DNA of 60,537 nt, counting the filler, from Sphacelaria rigidula (taxonomy: Eukaryota): NCBI GenBank assembly GCA_964200075.2. It is 10 parts of 10 records of this genome, joined end to end, with 100 filler letters (N's around TTAATTAATTAA, not from the genome) between each part and the next. Parts side by side here need not be neighbours in the genome. Positions count along the whole stretch, not along the records: positions 48,512 to 54,474 come from CAXNAA020023166.1; positions 54,575 to 60,537 come from CAXNAA020023167.1; 8 more parts are not named here. The stretch is one strand, 5' to 3'. The translations under genes and the position numbers were made by a program. The notes beneath the pieces were generated by a model. It was not told where the DNA came from. It saw nothing but the letters and a program-made list of their open reading frames with translations, and searched no databases. This document shows, one piece after another, positions 48,531 through 60,537 of the stretch (the stretch's first letter is position 1; each line of letters starts with the position of its first letter).

Positions 48531-51500
48531 ATGAGCGGTACAGGAGAAGAGCAGAGTGTGGTGGAGGAGCTGGAGGCTCCACCTCAGGCGATGGTGATAA
48601 CACCGGAGGACTACCACAGCTTTCAAGAATGGAAAGCGTCTCGAGCTAGGGGGGTTTCTACAGCTGGGGGCACAGAAGCGCCTCAGCTAGAAGCCCAAGA
48701 AGCAGCAGCCTCGAGAGAGTATGGGGCTGACACAACACTCACCGGGTCGACCGGTCTGGGATTGGGTCGACTAGGGGCGAGGGCGGGAGCACCGCCCAGG
48801 GGCACAGCAGGTACCCATGCCCCTGGCACATCGTTAGGAATGATGTCTGGTCTTGGTTTTCCCAGTACACGGGGTATGCTAGATGTCGATAGCAGTTTAC
48901 AAAACCGAGGAAGTACATAACCAGCGTCGTTATTAATGAATGTGGATTCTAGGACCTTGGAAGCGAAAGATATCGCCAAGTTCACAAGTAACAAAAGTCA
49001 TAGATGGACGACTTTTAAGCGTGATGTAGAGCGATATGCGTTCATGTGGGGTTTGGGAGATGGATTGTTTCGCGACCCACCGCTTTGTGTTGATCCTCTA
49101 AATGAACCGCAGCTATTAGGGTTGGGTGTCGGTCAGGACCACATCAAGCGAGCTCGCTTCACGTATATTTTGCTTCTCAACACTGTCAAGGACCCCGTCG
49201 CGAGACATATCCTGGTGGATTCGCGATCACCGTCCACAGCATGGCGTGCATTGGACGAACAGTTCTCTCCCAAAACCTCGGGAGCTAAAATGGATGTCTT
49301 AGACGAGTTCAACATTCTGAAGTATACAAAAGGGCAGGATACAGACGAGTTTTGGATCCAACTACAGTCAGTGCACTCGCGTTCTGTAACGTTGGGGTTG
49401 GAGATTCCCCGTGAGATGATAGTGGATAAATTCCTAAATTCCCTCCCTGCTGAGTACACCACGATTCGAGATCAGTTGCGTCTCGAACCATCACTATTGA
49501 CTGACAAGACCCGAGCCGTTGTAAAGGATAAATTTCTGTCTTTGAAGAAAACGGGTACTTCGCGTGGTAGTGATCACAACCGTGCCTTATTTGCAGGCAA
49601 TAAGGGTTCCGGCTACAGGAGTAAGAAAAAAGGAGGCGGGAAGTCGCAGAAATCCGCGGCTGGATCAAGTGATGGAAATACACAGTCGGATGTAAAAGCA
49701 GGGGGTGACGGTAGTTCCTCGGATAAAAAGAAAACCGTAGAAAAGAGAAACCTCCCCTGTTATGAGTGTGGAAAACCTGGCCATTTTAAATCTGAGTGCC
49801 CAGAACGTGTGTGCGAGGTGTGCGGAGGAAAAGGACATTCGAAAGTATTCCACAAAATTATCGCAATATACACATCTGACTCAGTAGACTTTGGTTTTGT
49901 AGCAGTCTGCAGCAGATGGTACCCGAGGGGACTGCCCAGCTCTTGACGACGGAGGAAAAGAGGTCTGGATTGAAGACAGTGCTGCAATACTTCCTCTGTC
50001 CCATAAGTAACGTCCGTTATGGGGGGACAATCGTATATCGCCAATGGAGTTGCCCACGACGCTATTGTTAGGTTTTTTGAAAAGCTGTTGACATGGTGAT
50101 TCTCGTTGAACAAAAAAATATATATATGAATCGAAATTACTGAGAATTAGTGGGTCAAAAGTGGGCATTTTGGCGGGAATTTGAGAATTTTTTGGGAATT
50201 TGTTTTAAGAATCATATTGAGAATTTCTGCTTTTCTGGGCAATTGAACGCCCATTACCCCCACAACCACGATGGAGACCCCCCCAAAACGTAAGCGGGGC
50301 GCAGATGTGTCGTTGGGCCGCTGGTATGCAATGGCGGTAGAGATAGCGATGGCCATTCCCCCAGGAAATTCGAGGGTGCCCAAGGGCGTTCTAGGCCCCA
50401 TGACAGAGCTAGTCACGCAGCCTGCACAGTCGCCTGACTTGAGCGTCAACGACTTGGGCTTCTTCGCATCTCTTAAGTCGAGGGTATGGGAGATGAATGC
50501 AAGTTCGATAGACGAGTTGGTGGAGACTATCTTCAAGTAGTACGAGGAGTACGACGGTGACACGTTGGAGCGGGTTTGGCAGAGCCTCTTAAAGGTTTAC
50601 AACCAAACACTACGTGAGATGGGCGACAACGACTTTAGTGTGGAACATTCCGGGGTGAGGGTGCGGCAGATGGCAGGAACGTTAGAAAGGGTGGTAAAAT
50701 ACGATAAGGATGCCTTCACGAAGGCCTGGGACTACCTAGCGGCAAGCCCTAGCGACGACGAGGGCGGGTAACATTTTCTTTTTTTTACACTTTTTTGCCC
50801 CTGCATATGGCCTTTTTTGGGCCGACTACCTTTTTTTCGGACGGTCGCGTGAGCCGGGGAGTGCGTAGAAAAACAAAACAAAAACGGGATTCAACCCAAA
50901 AAACATCAAAGATTTCAAAAATATTATCGCCTGCGACATCGGACACGGCTAAGGGTCCGTGTGATCATAACGGACTTTACTTATGGGACAGAGGAAGTAT
51001 GTCATATGACCCCTTCGCGCCACTGCATGCCTGACTATGAGCCTTACTCTCATCGTTCGGTGACGGTGGCTAACAGTCAAAAGGCGCCGATTTTAGGCTT
51101 TGGAAAAATCTTGTTGTCGACAGGTACTGGCGAAGACAAGTTAACAGTCAGTATCAAGCGCGTGGCACATGTGCCTGATTTGGACGTAAACCTTTTCTCC
51201 CTGCAGAGTGTAGTGGTTGAGCATGGGTTGCCGATTAGATTGACGAGAAAGGGCACCAAAATCACGTTGCCTGGTGGGAAGAAACTGGTTTTTGAAAAGG
51301 ATGGCAGAAATGATATCGTGACCGCAACCCGACGTAGCCTGTCATCCAATTGTTCGTCGAAAAACCATCAGTTTGACCCCGATGAATCCGCGCAAGCTGT
51401 CCTTGCCCCGGGCAAGATGCCTGGTGACCGTAATCAGATGGACATGAATTTGTTTCACCAGTCACACGGGCACCTGCACGAGGTTTTGTTACGAGAAACG

Positions 51501-54399
51501 GCGAAACAGCTGGGGGTGACACTAGTGGGCAAGTTGCACGATTGCAAAGGCTGTTCAATGGCAAAAGGGTTGCGGAAACCCATCCCTACGTCCACTACTA
51601 CGCGTGCAGCTAAGCCTTTAGAGCGTGTGTTCATGGATGCGTCTGGCCCGAAATTGGTCGAGAGTGCAGGTGGCATGAAGTAGTATTTTCTCATCCGGAA
51701 TGATTTCACCCGAAAAATCTGGATGTATTTCGGTAAACGTAAGTCTGACACCACGAGGGCGTTTAAGCAATACTTGGCTGATGTAGGAGCACAGTGCATT
51801 CCTTCAGTCGTAGAGACCGTAAAATGTGACGGTGGTGGAGAGTTTTCAGGTTCTTTTAGTGATCTGTGTCGTGAGCGTGGCATAAGGGAAGAGTACACCC
51901 CAGCAGAAAGTCCCGAGTACAATGGTGTTGCCGAACGGGCAATCGCGATGGTTGAGAAAGCCGCTATGGCAGCTAGGATTTAGGCAAAGGTGCTGTATGG
52001 TGTGGATGTTCCGGCAAGAATGTGGGCTGAGTCGTATCGTTGGGCAGCAGATGCGTTGAACCGTTCTGCGACCACTGCTAACCCTGGGAAAAAGTCTCCA
52101 GATGAGGTTTTTTATGGTGAAGTGCCTGAAGTCAAGCTTCTCCCTTTCATCAAGCCAGGATACTGTAGGTATAAGAGGACGTCGAAGTGTATGCCAAAAG
52201 CACAGGAGTGTTTTTACTTAGGGCCTGGCTACAACTACCCCCGTGATGCCATGAGAATGCAGACGAAAGGCAGATATGTAATCACTACTCGCGATGTTAC
52301 TTGGCAGCACTCATCTCCCCCAGAATCGCAGCAAGCGGTTCCGTTTTCTATGTCGGGAGAAGAAAACTCACAGGATGTGGAGAGCGGGGAGGGCGATGTC
52401 GAGAGCTCTGATTCTGACTCTGACGAGTCGGATCTCAGCACTGGTGGGGGGGTTCCGGTTGGTGCTTTGTCAGAGGAACCTAAACGTGTGGCAGATGCGG
52501 TGGTGGAACCTGATGGGATGGTGGAACTTGAGGAGGAGTGAGGCGGTAACAACGGCGAAGAGTCCGACCATCAGCCGTCTGCTTCATTTTCATCCTCTAA
52601 TGATGGTCTTTCGGAGACATCGTCTGTCGGCGGCGGCGGGGATGCCGCGAATCAACCTGACTCGGTTGAGCCGACACTTGGCGGGACGAGGCAACAGACA
52701 CGCGCCTTGCTGCAGCAGCGTCAGGAGCAGCGATTTTAACAGCAAGTTCCAGACCTGCGGGAGAATGAGGGTGGTCATAATGCGTTGTGGACAGCCACGG
52801 GGGATTTGTGGGCTACGGAACAGATCCTACCTCAGCTGGCAAGCACGGAGGACCCAAGACACTCAGGGGAGTCTAGGTTGGAGTTGATCCCATACGTGAG
52901 TCTTGAAGAGATTGAGTCAGCCCCCAAGTCTGTGAAGGATGTGTACAGAATTAAGTACAGGAGTGTGTGATTGGACGCGATGAAGAAGGAAGTAGAGGGA
53001 TTGGAACGCAATAACACGTGAACCGTAATTGACTCACCCCCGTTTGGAGAGAAAGCAGTCGATTCGAAGTGGGTTTTCCAGTGAGAAACCGATGGACATG
53101 GTTACGTGATGAAGGCTAAGGCTCGACTGTTTTTTAGGGTGATCGGCAAGAAATTGGCGACATTCCGACGTTCTCACCAATCCCACCCACTACGGCTAAT
53201 CGAGTAGCTGCAGCAGTAGCTTGCGCAGAGGAAAAGACGATTTTTCATTTTGACGTTGAGCAAGCTTTCGTTCAGTCGGAACTAGAGGATGACGTGTACA
53301 TGAGGTTACCGCCAGGTTTGGGTGAACGATCTGGCACTGTCGTGCATTTGCACAAAACGCTTTATGAGTTGAAGCAAGCTGCTAGGAAGTGGTACGGGAA
53401 ACTGGGGAGAACTCTGAAAGGTCTGGGTTTCGAACAGAGTTTGATAGACCCGTGTGTGTTCAGACTGATGGACGGCGAGGAGGCCAAAGTTCTGATTGTG
53501 GTTCACGTCGATGACATNNNNNNNNNNCTGTGTGCAACAAGTTGGCAGAAGATCTCAACGCACATTTTGCAACGAAGAATCTTGGTGAGCTGGTCTGGTA
53601 CGCAGGATGCGAGTACAATCACGATCTCGAGAAAGGGATCCTCAAATTGTCTCAGACTGCGTATACTCAGCGGATTCTTGAAAGATTTTCGATCAAAAGG
53701 ACCACTGCAACCCCTGCATTTGTTTCTTCTGACTTCAAGGTGGATGAGGGAGAGGATTTCGAGGGGAGGTACCGTGAGGCGGTGAGATCATTGATGTGAC
53801 TCTCCATCAACACCCGCCCGGACATCGCTGACGCCGTGAGAGCTGCATCCTGCCACGACGAAAACCCGACGCCTGAGGACTGGCGCGAAGTGTTGCGGAT
53901 TTTCGAGTACCTCAAGACAACAGTAGACTTGGGAATCACGTATGCTAGAGGTTCAAGTGACGAGTTGGTGACGTATGCGGATGCAGACTACGCAAAATTC
54001 GAGGATCGGCCTTCAGTGTCGGGAGGGGCGATATTTTTCTGCGGGGCTGTTGTAGGATTTTTCTCTCGCACTCAAAAGAATGTAACTCTCTCTTCTACTC
54101 AGGCTGAATGCGTAGCGATGGGCGACGTAGCGAAGGATGCTTTGTTCGTGAAGGCGGTGCTGAAATTTATTCAGCCGCGAAGGAAGGAATTTTGTATGCC
54201 ACTGACGGTGTATGAGGATAACCAGGGGGCGATTCAACTCGCGAAAAATCCGAGAAGCTCCCACAACAGCAAGCACATTGATGTGTGTCATATTCTTCTG
54301 CGGGAATTGGTGTCTGAACAAATAATTCGAGTGGAGTATGTCAAGTCTCTTAAGCAGCAAGCAGACGTTTTGACGAAACCCTTGCCTGTTGGTAGCTTC

Positions 54400-54402
<3 letters not shown>
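48531..54402 (+). mobile_element. Decayed Ty1/copia retrotransposon internal region (gag-PR-IN-RT-RH), same family as 25842-29881
   Basis: MSGTGEEQSVVEELEAPPQA start shared with the other copy; knuckle CYECGKPGHFKSEC; integrase DGGGEF..YNGVAERAI; RT ..LYELKQAARKWY..DPCVF..VVHVDD; RNase H YADADYA..YEDNQGAI..SKHID..ADVLTKPL; multiple in-frame stops. Confidence 0.96.
49990..50997 (+). mobile_element. Internally deleted Tc1/mariner (DD39D-like, Stowaway-type TIR) transposon nested in the copia protease; transposase remnant 50271-50771
   Basis: TIRs CTTCCTCTGTCCCATAAGTAAxGTCCGTTATG at both ends; TA TSD (49988-49989, 50998-50999); peptide QPAQSPDLSVNDLGFFASLKS...IDELV...GDNDFSVEH is typical of the C-terminus of plant/oomycete-type mariner transposases. 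Confidence 0.93.
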
Positions 54403-54438
<36 letters not shown>

Positions 54439-54474
54439 ATCGTCCCATTTATTCTGGGCGCCAGTGTACACCTT
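54403..54474 (-). mobile_element. (CA)n tail and 3' end of the SINE family seen at 7040-7406, inserted at the copia pol end
   Basis: (GT)n then GCTATCGTCCCATTTATTCTGGGCGCCAGTGTACACCTT, the reverse complement of about 7368-7409. Confidence 0.7.
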
Positions 54475-54574
54475 NNNNNNNNNNNNNNNNNNNNNNNNNN
54501 NNNNNNNNNNNNNNNNNNTTAATTAATTAANNNNNNNNNNNNNNNNNNNNNNNNNNNNNNNNNNNNNNNNNNNN

Positions 54575-55151
54575 CCCACCTGTCAGTGCCTGAAACAACG
54601 TAGAGTTCTCGACAATCCAACATGGTGACAGATACAGGCAATGCAGTCCAACACGACACAAATTCAGGGGTCAGGTGGAATGTGGGTGTGGCGTTCCAGT
54701 TTGGTCCCCCTCAAGGTGTGACGCAAACACTTCGGGTATGAGGTGTTTCGGATAGGGTAGGCGGATATGGAAGGAACTTCTTGCTATTGAGACAGCGGTG
54801 GTACATGTGTAATGTTTACGGCCAGTCCAGAGCTCGAAGGGGAATGTGTCAGACGATAGCATGGCGTCGGGTCGTCGGGTAGGGTACGATTGCGCAAGAG
54901 TGTGCGTGAAACGTACTATCTCTGGGGCCAAGATTTGTACAATTCTGTAAACTTTTCAGCAGCCGTCCCCCTAGGTTCTCGAATCCTGTGAAACTGTAGA
55001 CATAATCATGGCGAAAATAAAATAGGCAAGGCATGCTGAGTAAAAATATAAGAATGAGGTACGTTGTACTAAATATACCAAGAGAAAGCACAGAAATGAC
55101 AAGAAGCATGCCCTCACACGCATGAGTTGTACATTGATGCTCATTGTGCGA
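54575..55151. repeat. About 570-bp direct duplication, second copy at 59711-60276; may be decayed gypsy RNase H sequence (minus strand)
   Basis: Co-linear, highly similar sequences with one small indel; contiguous with the gypsy RT remnant. Confidence 0.88.
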
Positions 55152-55450
55152 CTTGGGTTTAGGAACGGACGTAGTTTTTCTACTGTCCAAGGTAACCATA
55201 TTGCTGGTACCTGGTGGTTTTAGAAACGAACGTAGTTTTTCGATTGTATGGACGTGGCGTCTGAGTAATTGCATTGCATTTGGAGGGGGCTGGTTGTATG
55301 CCGGTATTATCGATCAACAGGCTAAGGAACCTGTGAGACCCTGCAGTAAAGATATATTTGACGAACTTGGCAAATTTTACTGAACACAAAATCGTGTAGT
55401 CGACAAACTTTGCCGGGGAACGTTGGGTGAGCAACACCTCGGTCAAGAAG
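55152..55450 (-). mobile_element. Highly decayed Ty3/gypsy reverse-transcriptase fragment
   Basis: ..SVKFAKF..RFLSLLIDNTGIQPAPSKCNAITQTPRP / TIEKLRSFL resembles the gypsy FLGxxIxxxGIxPxPxKxxAI..RPxxxxxLRxFLG segment. Confidence 0.55.
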
Positions 55451-55995
55451 CTTGTGCATTTCTTTTGTGATCATACAGCGTTCTCATGGTGGGAAACCGC
55501 GTTGTTATGTGGCAAAGGGTGTGCACGCGAGACAACAACCCGCAAAAAATATTGAACTCGTGCTTCGCCCCCCCCAAGGGGGTGCAGCGACCATGTCAGC
55601 GACATAAGTGTCTAAAAACTATATGCAGGGCCTGTAAGGACCGTCAAAACAAATATATAGTCGCGCAGTCAACTTGCATGGTAGGCTGGGCATGAAGGGC
55701 AAAAAGGCAAAATAGGGAAACTACATACACCTGCGTACTGAATAAGTAATGACAAGGCGATCCACGGGAAGATGAGTGGCAGCATGATATCGAAAACCAA
55801 GTTTGAAGCAACTGAACAATGTATTTTAAAACTACGGTACCGCGAAGGAACAAGGTAGTATCCAACTACGGTACAGTATGCGTCAAGAAGTCAACCTGGT
55901 GAATAGCAAACCATACAATCAATCACCAGTGTGGGATAAAATGGGGATCCTACTTGGTGGCACCAAGGTAATGACCCTGCTACCAGAATGCAATG

Positions 55996-56093
55996 AAAAG
56001 GTACCCGGGGTTAGCTAAACCAAACCAAATTGCGAACACTCCATAAAAAGGTACCCGGTACTAGCTAAACCAAACCAAATTGCAGACACTCCA
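55996..56093. repeat. Two tandem 50-bp units
   Basis: AAAAGGTACCCGG...TAGCTAAACCAAACCAAATTGC..ACACTCCA twice. Confidence 0.85.
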
Positions 56094-56959
56094 CGCGGGA
56101 ACATACCGTCATTGGCAAACCGTTCAGTGTTTCCTGCGTGTCCTCCTCAACGCAATGACGTTTAGCGCCGGTTCCCTCAGCGGGATGCGACACACCCAGA
56201 ACAAGAGTGTGGGTGAAACAGGGGCGGAAGTAATAGAGGGCGTGGTTAGTATACGTTGGAAGTCTTGGGGCACATGAAAATATGGTTCGGTTTTATACCA
56301 CGTGACGCAGATCGAAATGTCGTGTGCCGGGCGGTAAATTCGGCGTTTCGGCCTTGCGAACCAGATAGATGAAACGATTATCAGCGGAATCCTGCTCAAG
56401 CATGATGAGTACAGGCAGCGCAAAATTATCCAGCACTCAAATACAATCGAGGGGCTCAAAAGACAGTTGTGGTAGACGCGACAACCGGAGATGCAAACAC
56501 TATGAGTATGTAAGATGACAGAAAAGCAAACAAGATCGACATAAAATGGAAACTGTAATGCATGTGCATTCCACAAATCCGCGTAGCCACAATAAAAATG
56601 CAACCCCGGAAACAAAGTACATACTGATCATGGTGGGTTGTTTTGCAATAAAACTACCGGGATAATATAGAGAATATCTAGTACACGATCATTGCTGGTT
56701 AGGTACAGCGATGATGTCATGGCTGACCAGGTGTAGATCAGGCGAAGGTGATACAATGCATGCGACAATGACAAAACAAAACCTGTACGATCAGATCGAA
56801 ACAGGTTGATACAACATGACGGCGGAAAATGCACGTGCACATGACAACATGCGATGGGATAGCGAGCGAGAAAAGTACAGCCGACAGTAGGCGGTAGAGG
56901 CAAAAATAACGCAACAAGCGGGACAATGACAGTCAACCAGGGTAGCAGAAAGCACGGTG

Positions 56960-57265
56960 GAAACAGCAGCAGCAGCAACAACAACATACAACAACAACAG
57001 CAACAACAACATACAGCAACAGCAACAGCAACAGCAACAGAAAACAGAAAACAACAACAGTAGCAGCAACAGCATCAACAGGACAGAGCAGCAACAACCA
57101 ACGACACACAGCAGCTGCGCGGCAACGACGAACAACAGCACAGAAAATCAGCACAACCGTGCGGCGAGCAGCAGCAACACACAGCAGCGGCACGGCAGCG
57201 ACGAACAGCAGCACACAACAACATCGAAAACCACAACAACAGACAACAACGACGCGGCTGCACAG
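56960..57265. repeat. Degenerate (CAA/CAG)n low-complexity tract
   Basis: Read directly; source of the poly-Q/N/L/C ORFs. Confidence 0.9.
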
Positions 57266-59171
57266 CTTCCGCAGCTGTCTGCCCCCTGATGTCCCGAAAC
57301 GCCCCGCAGTAATTGTTGACCCTCTGGTTCGTGGAACTCGTGCAATCTCGTTCGACCTTGATGCCTTTTATCAATTGTTTTGGCTAGGTTATTTCACTTT
57401 TGCTTTGGACGTCTGCAGTGGCGTGCTCATGAACCATCCCGGATGAGCTCGTGCATAAAGCCGTTGATGGCGCACTGCGTGGGTTGCATGTAACGAAGTG
57501 CAATGCGGCGGGTACGGAGCACAGGGCACCCACGGGGCAAAACCAACTACATAGCCCACGCTCAACTATTTATGCTCAACGTGCGTATGGTCGATAGACA
57601 GAACAAAAGAGTGCGAAGAGCCGAAGCAGCATACCATCATAGTACACTCACTGTACATGCTCTCATAGTACACCGTACATGCTCTCCAGACATCCCAGTG
57701 ACACAAAGTCGTGAACTTCAAAAGCACTGTCTACTACATGCTGAATGATGTTGCAGGTAAAGTATGTCATGGTAGGATACTTACCACCTGGGTAGGAAGA
57801 TGCCAGTTTAGTGGGCACCGGGGCTAGCAGGCCCAAACACAGTATTTAGTATCGAAGCCATTGAGTTCGATATTACTGAGTGTAAAGTCAGCCACCGCAC
57901 CAGTGGTCAGGTGTCTGCCATGAGCCGCGCAGGCTGCAGCACAACATGTGTTGCGTGAAGGTCGGGCTTACATTTTGTGAAGACCAGAGAATCCTCTGAG
58001 ATAGCAGTCCGTGATGGCGTAGATGCTCTTGTATTATTAGCGTACAGGCTAACTTGTGCTTTGCTAGTTGAGATGCATAGTCCAAAACGCTGTGACCCAA
58101 AGGGGGCAGGCAGCTCAATTCAATCCAACAATGTAGTATGACTCATCAGGTACCAAGCATGACAAAGTATGACAAATGGAACCCAGTCGCCTGGAACATG
58201 ACCAATAAATCTGTAACATCCCCCTAGCCATATTTATATGGCTACACACAAATTTATTGGAGGTCTGGAAGGGCCAGAACAAAAACAAAGTCTGTGCATC
58301 ATACGCCTGAAAGTAAAACGAGAAAAACCAGCTGGAATAAGAGTACAGGGGAAAACTCGTTGCAGATCTAATGAATGGGTAAACCCTGATAAGCAGGGGA
58401 AAACTCCATCCGTTAGGAAAGGAAAAAAATCTATAACGCCCTTTCCAACGACAGAAACAGCAGACAAGTACGGTCGCTGTCGTTTTCCCGGGATCTCAGT
58501 TAGACTGGAGAACGATCGGCTAGTTAGCGTGATCGCGCGTCGACACCCTGGATCAGTTAGACTGGATTCTAGGGTAGTGCGGGGCTTAAACCTCGCTAAA
58601 AACAACCTTTCCGCGAACTGATCAATAGTTACAGGAGTGCAGCTTTTGAGGGGTGCTCTTCTGTAACTACCGATACCTATTCTACTGGAAATAGAGACTA
58701 CGCGCCTTGGCTCACACATGTGCCCGTATATCACCAAATGGGAAGCAATCGATAACAAAGCGGCACAAGAAAAAGACAAGAAACACTCGAAATTCATGAC
58801 TGAAGCGTACGGTAGCAGAAATATATAGTTACATATTCCCTTATTTCACTACCGTACTCCTGTCGCAATGATATCGTGTACCCCATCACATAACAGCCAT
58901 TCGTACACGTCCATGGCTGCAGTGTATTCTTTGGCTCCTCCGTTTCAGCTTGGGGCGCTAAACTTCCAAGCGAGATGGCTGTTTTCAGTCTCCATCTTCG
59001 TATCGTACTCGCCGAAAGAAATTCCCATAATCATACACGTGGTGCCTCAACTCGGCACTGATGCAGCCTTTCCAGGAGGTTGCACCTGTGGCAAAAGCTT
59101 CAAGGTATCACTACGTGGGGAAGCGGGGTGCTTCGAGTGCGATGGTGGGGTCGAAGAAACTGTGGGGTGAT

Positions 59172-59665
59172 ACAGGTGCAAAAGGCTTATGACGCAGTAT
59201 GGAGCAATGTGTTGTGGGAAGATATATGAGGAACTGTGATCAAGGGAAAGATGTGGACGATTGAGACGAAAGAAATGTGCCAAAAGTGTGACGGTGCTAG
59301 ACAGGGAAATATCGAAATATTTTGATATTTTTGAAGGAGTCGCACCAGGATGTACGTTATCACCCTCTCTAGCCGAGGTATTCTTCGATGATCTGATACG
59401 AGCATGAGATATGGCAAAGCGAGGGGTCAAAATGATGAAACAACTGGAAACAGTGCAGCTGGTCGCAGCTAAGAGAATACTTTGATGCGGAAAGGGTGCA
59501 AATGGCAGCAAAGAAAATAATACTTGGGTGCAATAAAAATAGTGAAGATGAAAACAGTACAGAGTGCAACAGCTCAGAAACTACTTGGGTGAAGTGAAGT
59601 TGGTGAAGGAGTTGGGGAACAGTGCAGCTTACAGCAGCTGAGGGAATTACTTGGATGCTCGAAAC
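59172..59665 (+). mobile_element. Decayed non-LTR (LINE) reverse-transcriptase fragment
   Basis: VQKAYDAVW...IKGKMW...LDREISKYFDIFEGVAPGCTLSPSL...DDLI and KQLETVQLVAAKRIL match the LINE RT motifs DxxKAYDxV and GVxQGxxLSP; broken by stops and deletions. Confidence 0.85.
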
Positions 59666-60537
59666 AAATAGGTACGCCCCCCCCCCCCCGTTTGAAGTCT
59701 TTCCTTTTTCCCCACCCGTCAGTGCCTGAAACAACGTAGAGTTCTCGACAACCCAACATGGTGACAGATACAGGCAATGCAGTCCAACACGACACAAATT
59801 CAGGGGTCAGGTGGAATGTGGGTGTGGCGTTCCAGTTTGGTCGGGACGCAAACACTTCGGGTATGAGGTGTTTCGGATAGGGTGGGCGGATATGGAAGGA
59901 ACTTCTTGCTATTGAGACAGCGGTGGTACGTGTTTAATGTTTACGGCCAGTCCAGAGCTCGAAGGGGAATGTGTCAGACGATAGCATGGCGTCGGGTCGT
60001 CGGGTAATGTACGATTGCGCAAGAGTGTGCATGAAACGTACTATCTCTGGGGCCAAGACTTGTACAATTATGTACCCTCTTCAGCAGCCGTCCCCCTCGG
60101 TTCTCGAATCCTGTGAAACTGTAGACATAATAATGGCGACAATAAAATCGGCAAGGCATGCTGAGTAAAAATATAACAATGATGTACGTTGTACTAAATA
60201 TTCCGAGACAAAGCACAGAAATAACAAGAAACATGCCCTCACACGCATGAGTTGTACATTGATGCCCATTGTGCGAGAGTCTAGTTCGTATGTCATATCC
60301 TAGCTGAGCCACCATGAGACGACCGGATTGTGGTGGTGAAGTCTTGCTGCAGTTATACGGCACAAGAGTTTGACAGCATAATGAGAGCGCGCGTTTACCT
60401 ACATCATGCAGCAATACTGCTGGCTTTACTACTTATTGATATATGGGTCAGCAGGGCGACTAGAATGCTATGTGACGGCGGATATTAGTCGCTTAAATAG
60501 AAGGCGTTCTCGATGTGCGTGATATGGGCAATAGGTC

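Noticed and set aside
54575..60276. LTR pair of an intact retrotransposon
   Set aside because: No TG...CA ends, PBS or PPT seen; the repeat looks like decayed internal sequence and the interval holds mixed LINE and gypsy debris.

Overview
Eukaryotic, repeat-rich, intron-containing DNA, most likely from a brown alga (inferred from the 5S rRNA sequence, intron and exon style, TTAGGG runs and LINE/Copia families). The window is not contiguous. It is ten unrelated contigs of 5964 or 5963 bp (1-5964, 6065-12028, 12129-18092, 18193-24156, 24257-30220, 30321-36284, 36385-42348, 42449-48411, 48512-54474, 54575-60537) joined by artificial 100-bp N44-TTAATTAATTAA-N44 linkers, so no synteny can be read across linkers. 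Most ORFs in the six-frame track are spurious. Spliced gene fragments reconstructed by hand: a YEATS4/GAS41/Yaf9 homolog (3 exons), a HAD-IA hydrolase (2 exons), an HHIP-like glucose/sorbosone dehydrogenase-family protein (4 exons), an uncharacterised protein with a ~59-aa tandem repeat, and two exons of an unknown gene. Mobile DNA: two decayed copies of one Ty1/copia family, one carrying a nested internally deleted mariner in its protease motif, plus LINE and Ty3/gypsy relics, tRNA-derived SINEs and several MITE families. Most interesting: (1) two tandem 5S rRNA genes interrupted at the same nucleotide by the same foreign sequence of different lengths, which suggests a 5S-specific retroelement; (2) an abundant short retroposon whose fixed end abuts poly(C) runs instead of poly(A), with 5'-truncated copies and an 18-bp target-site duplication.
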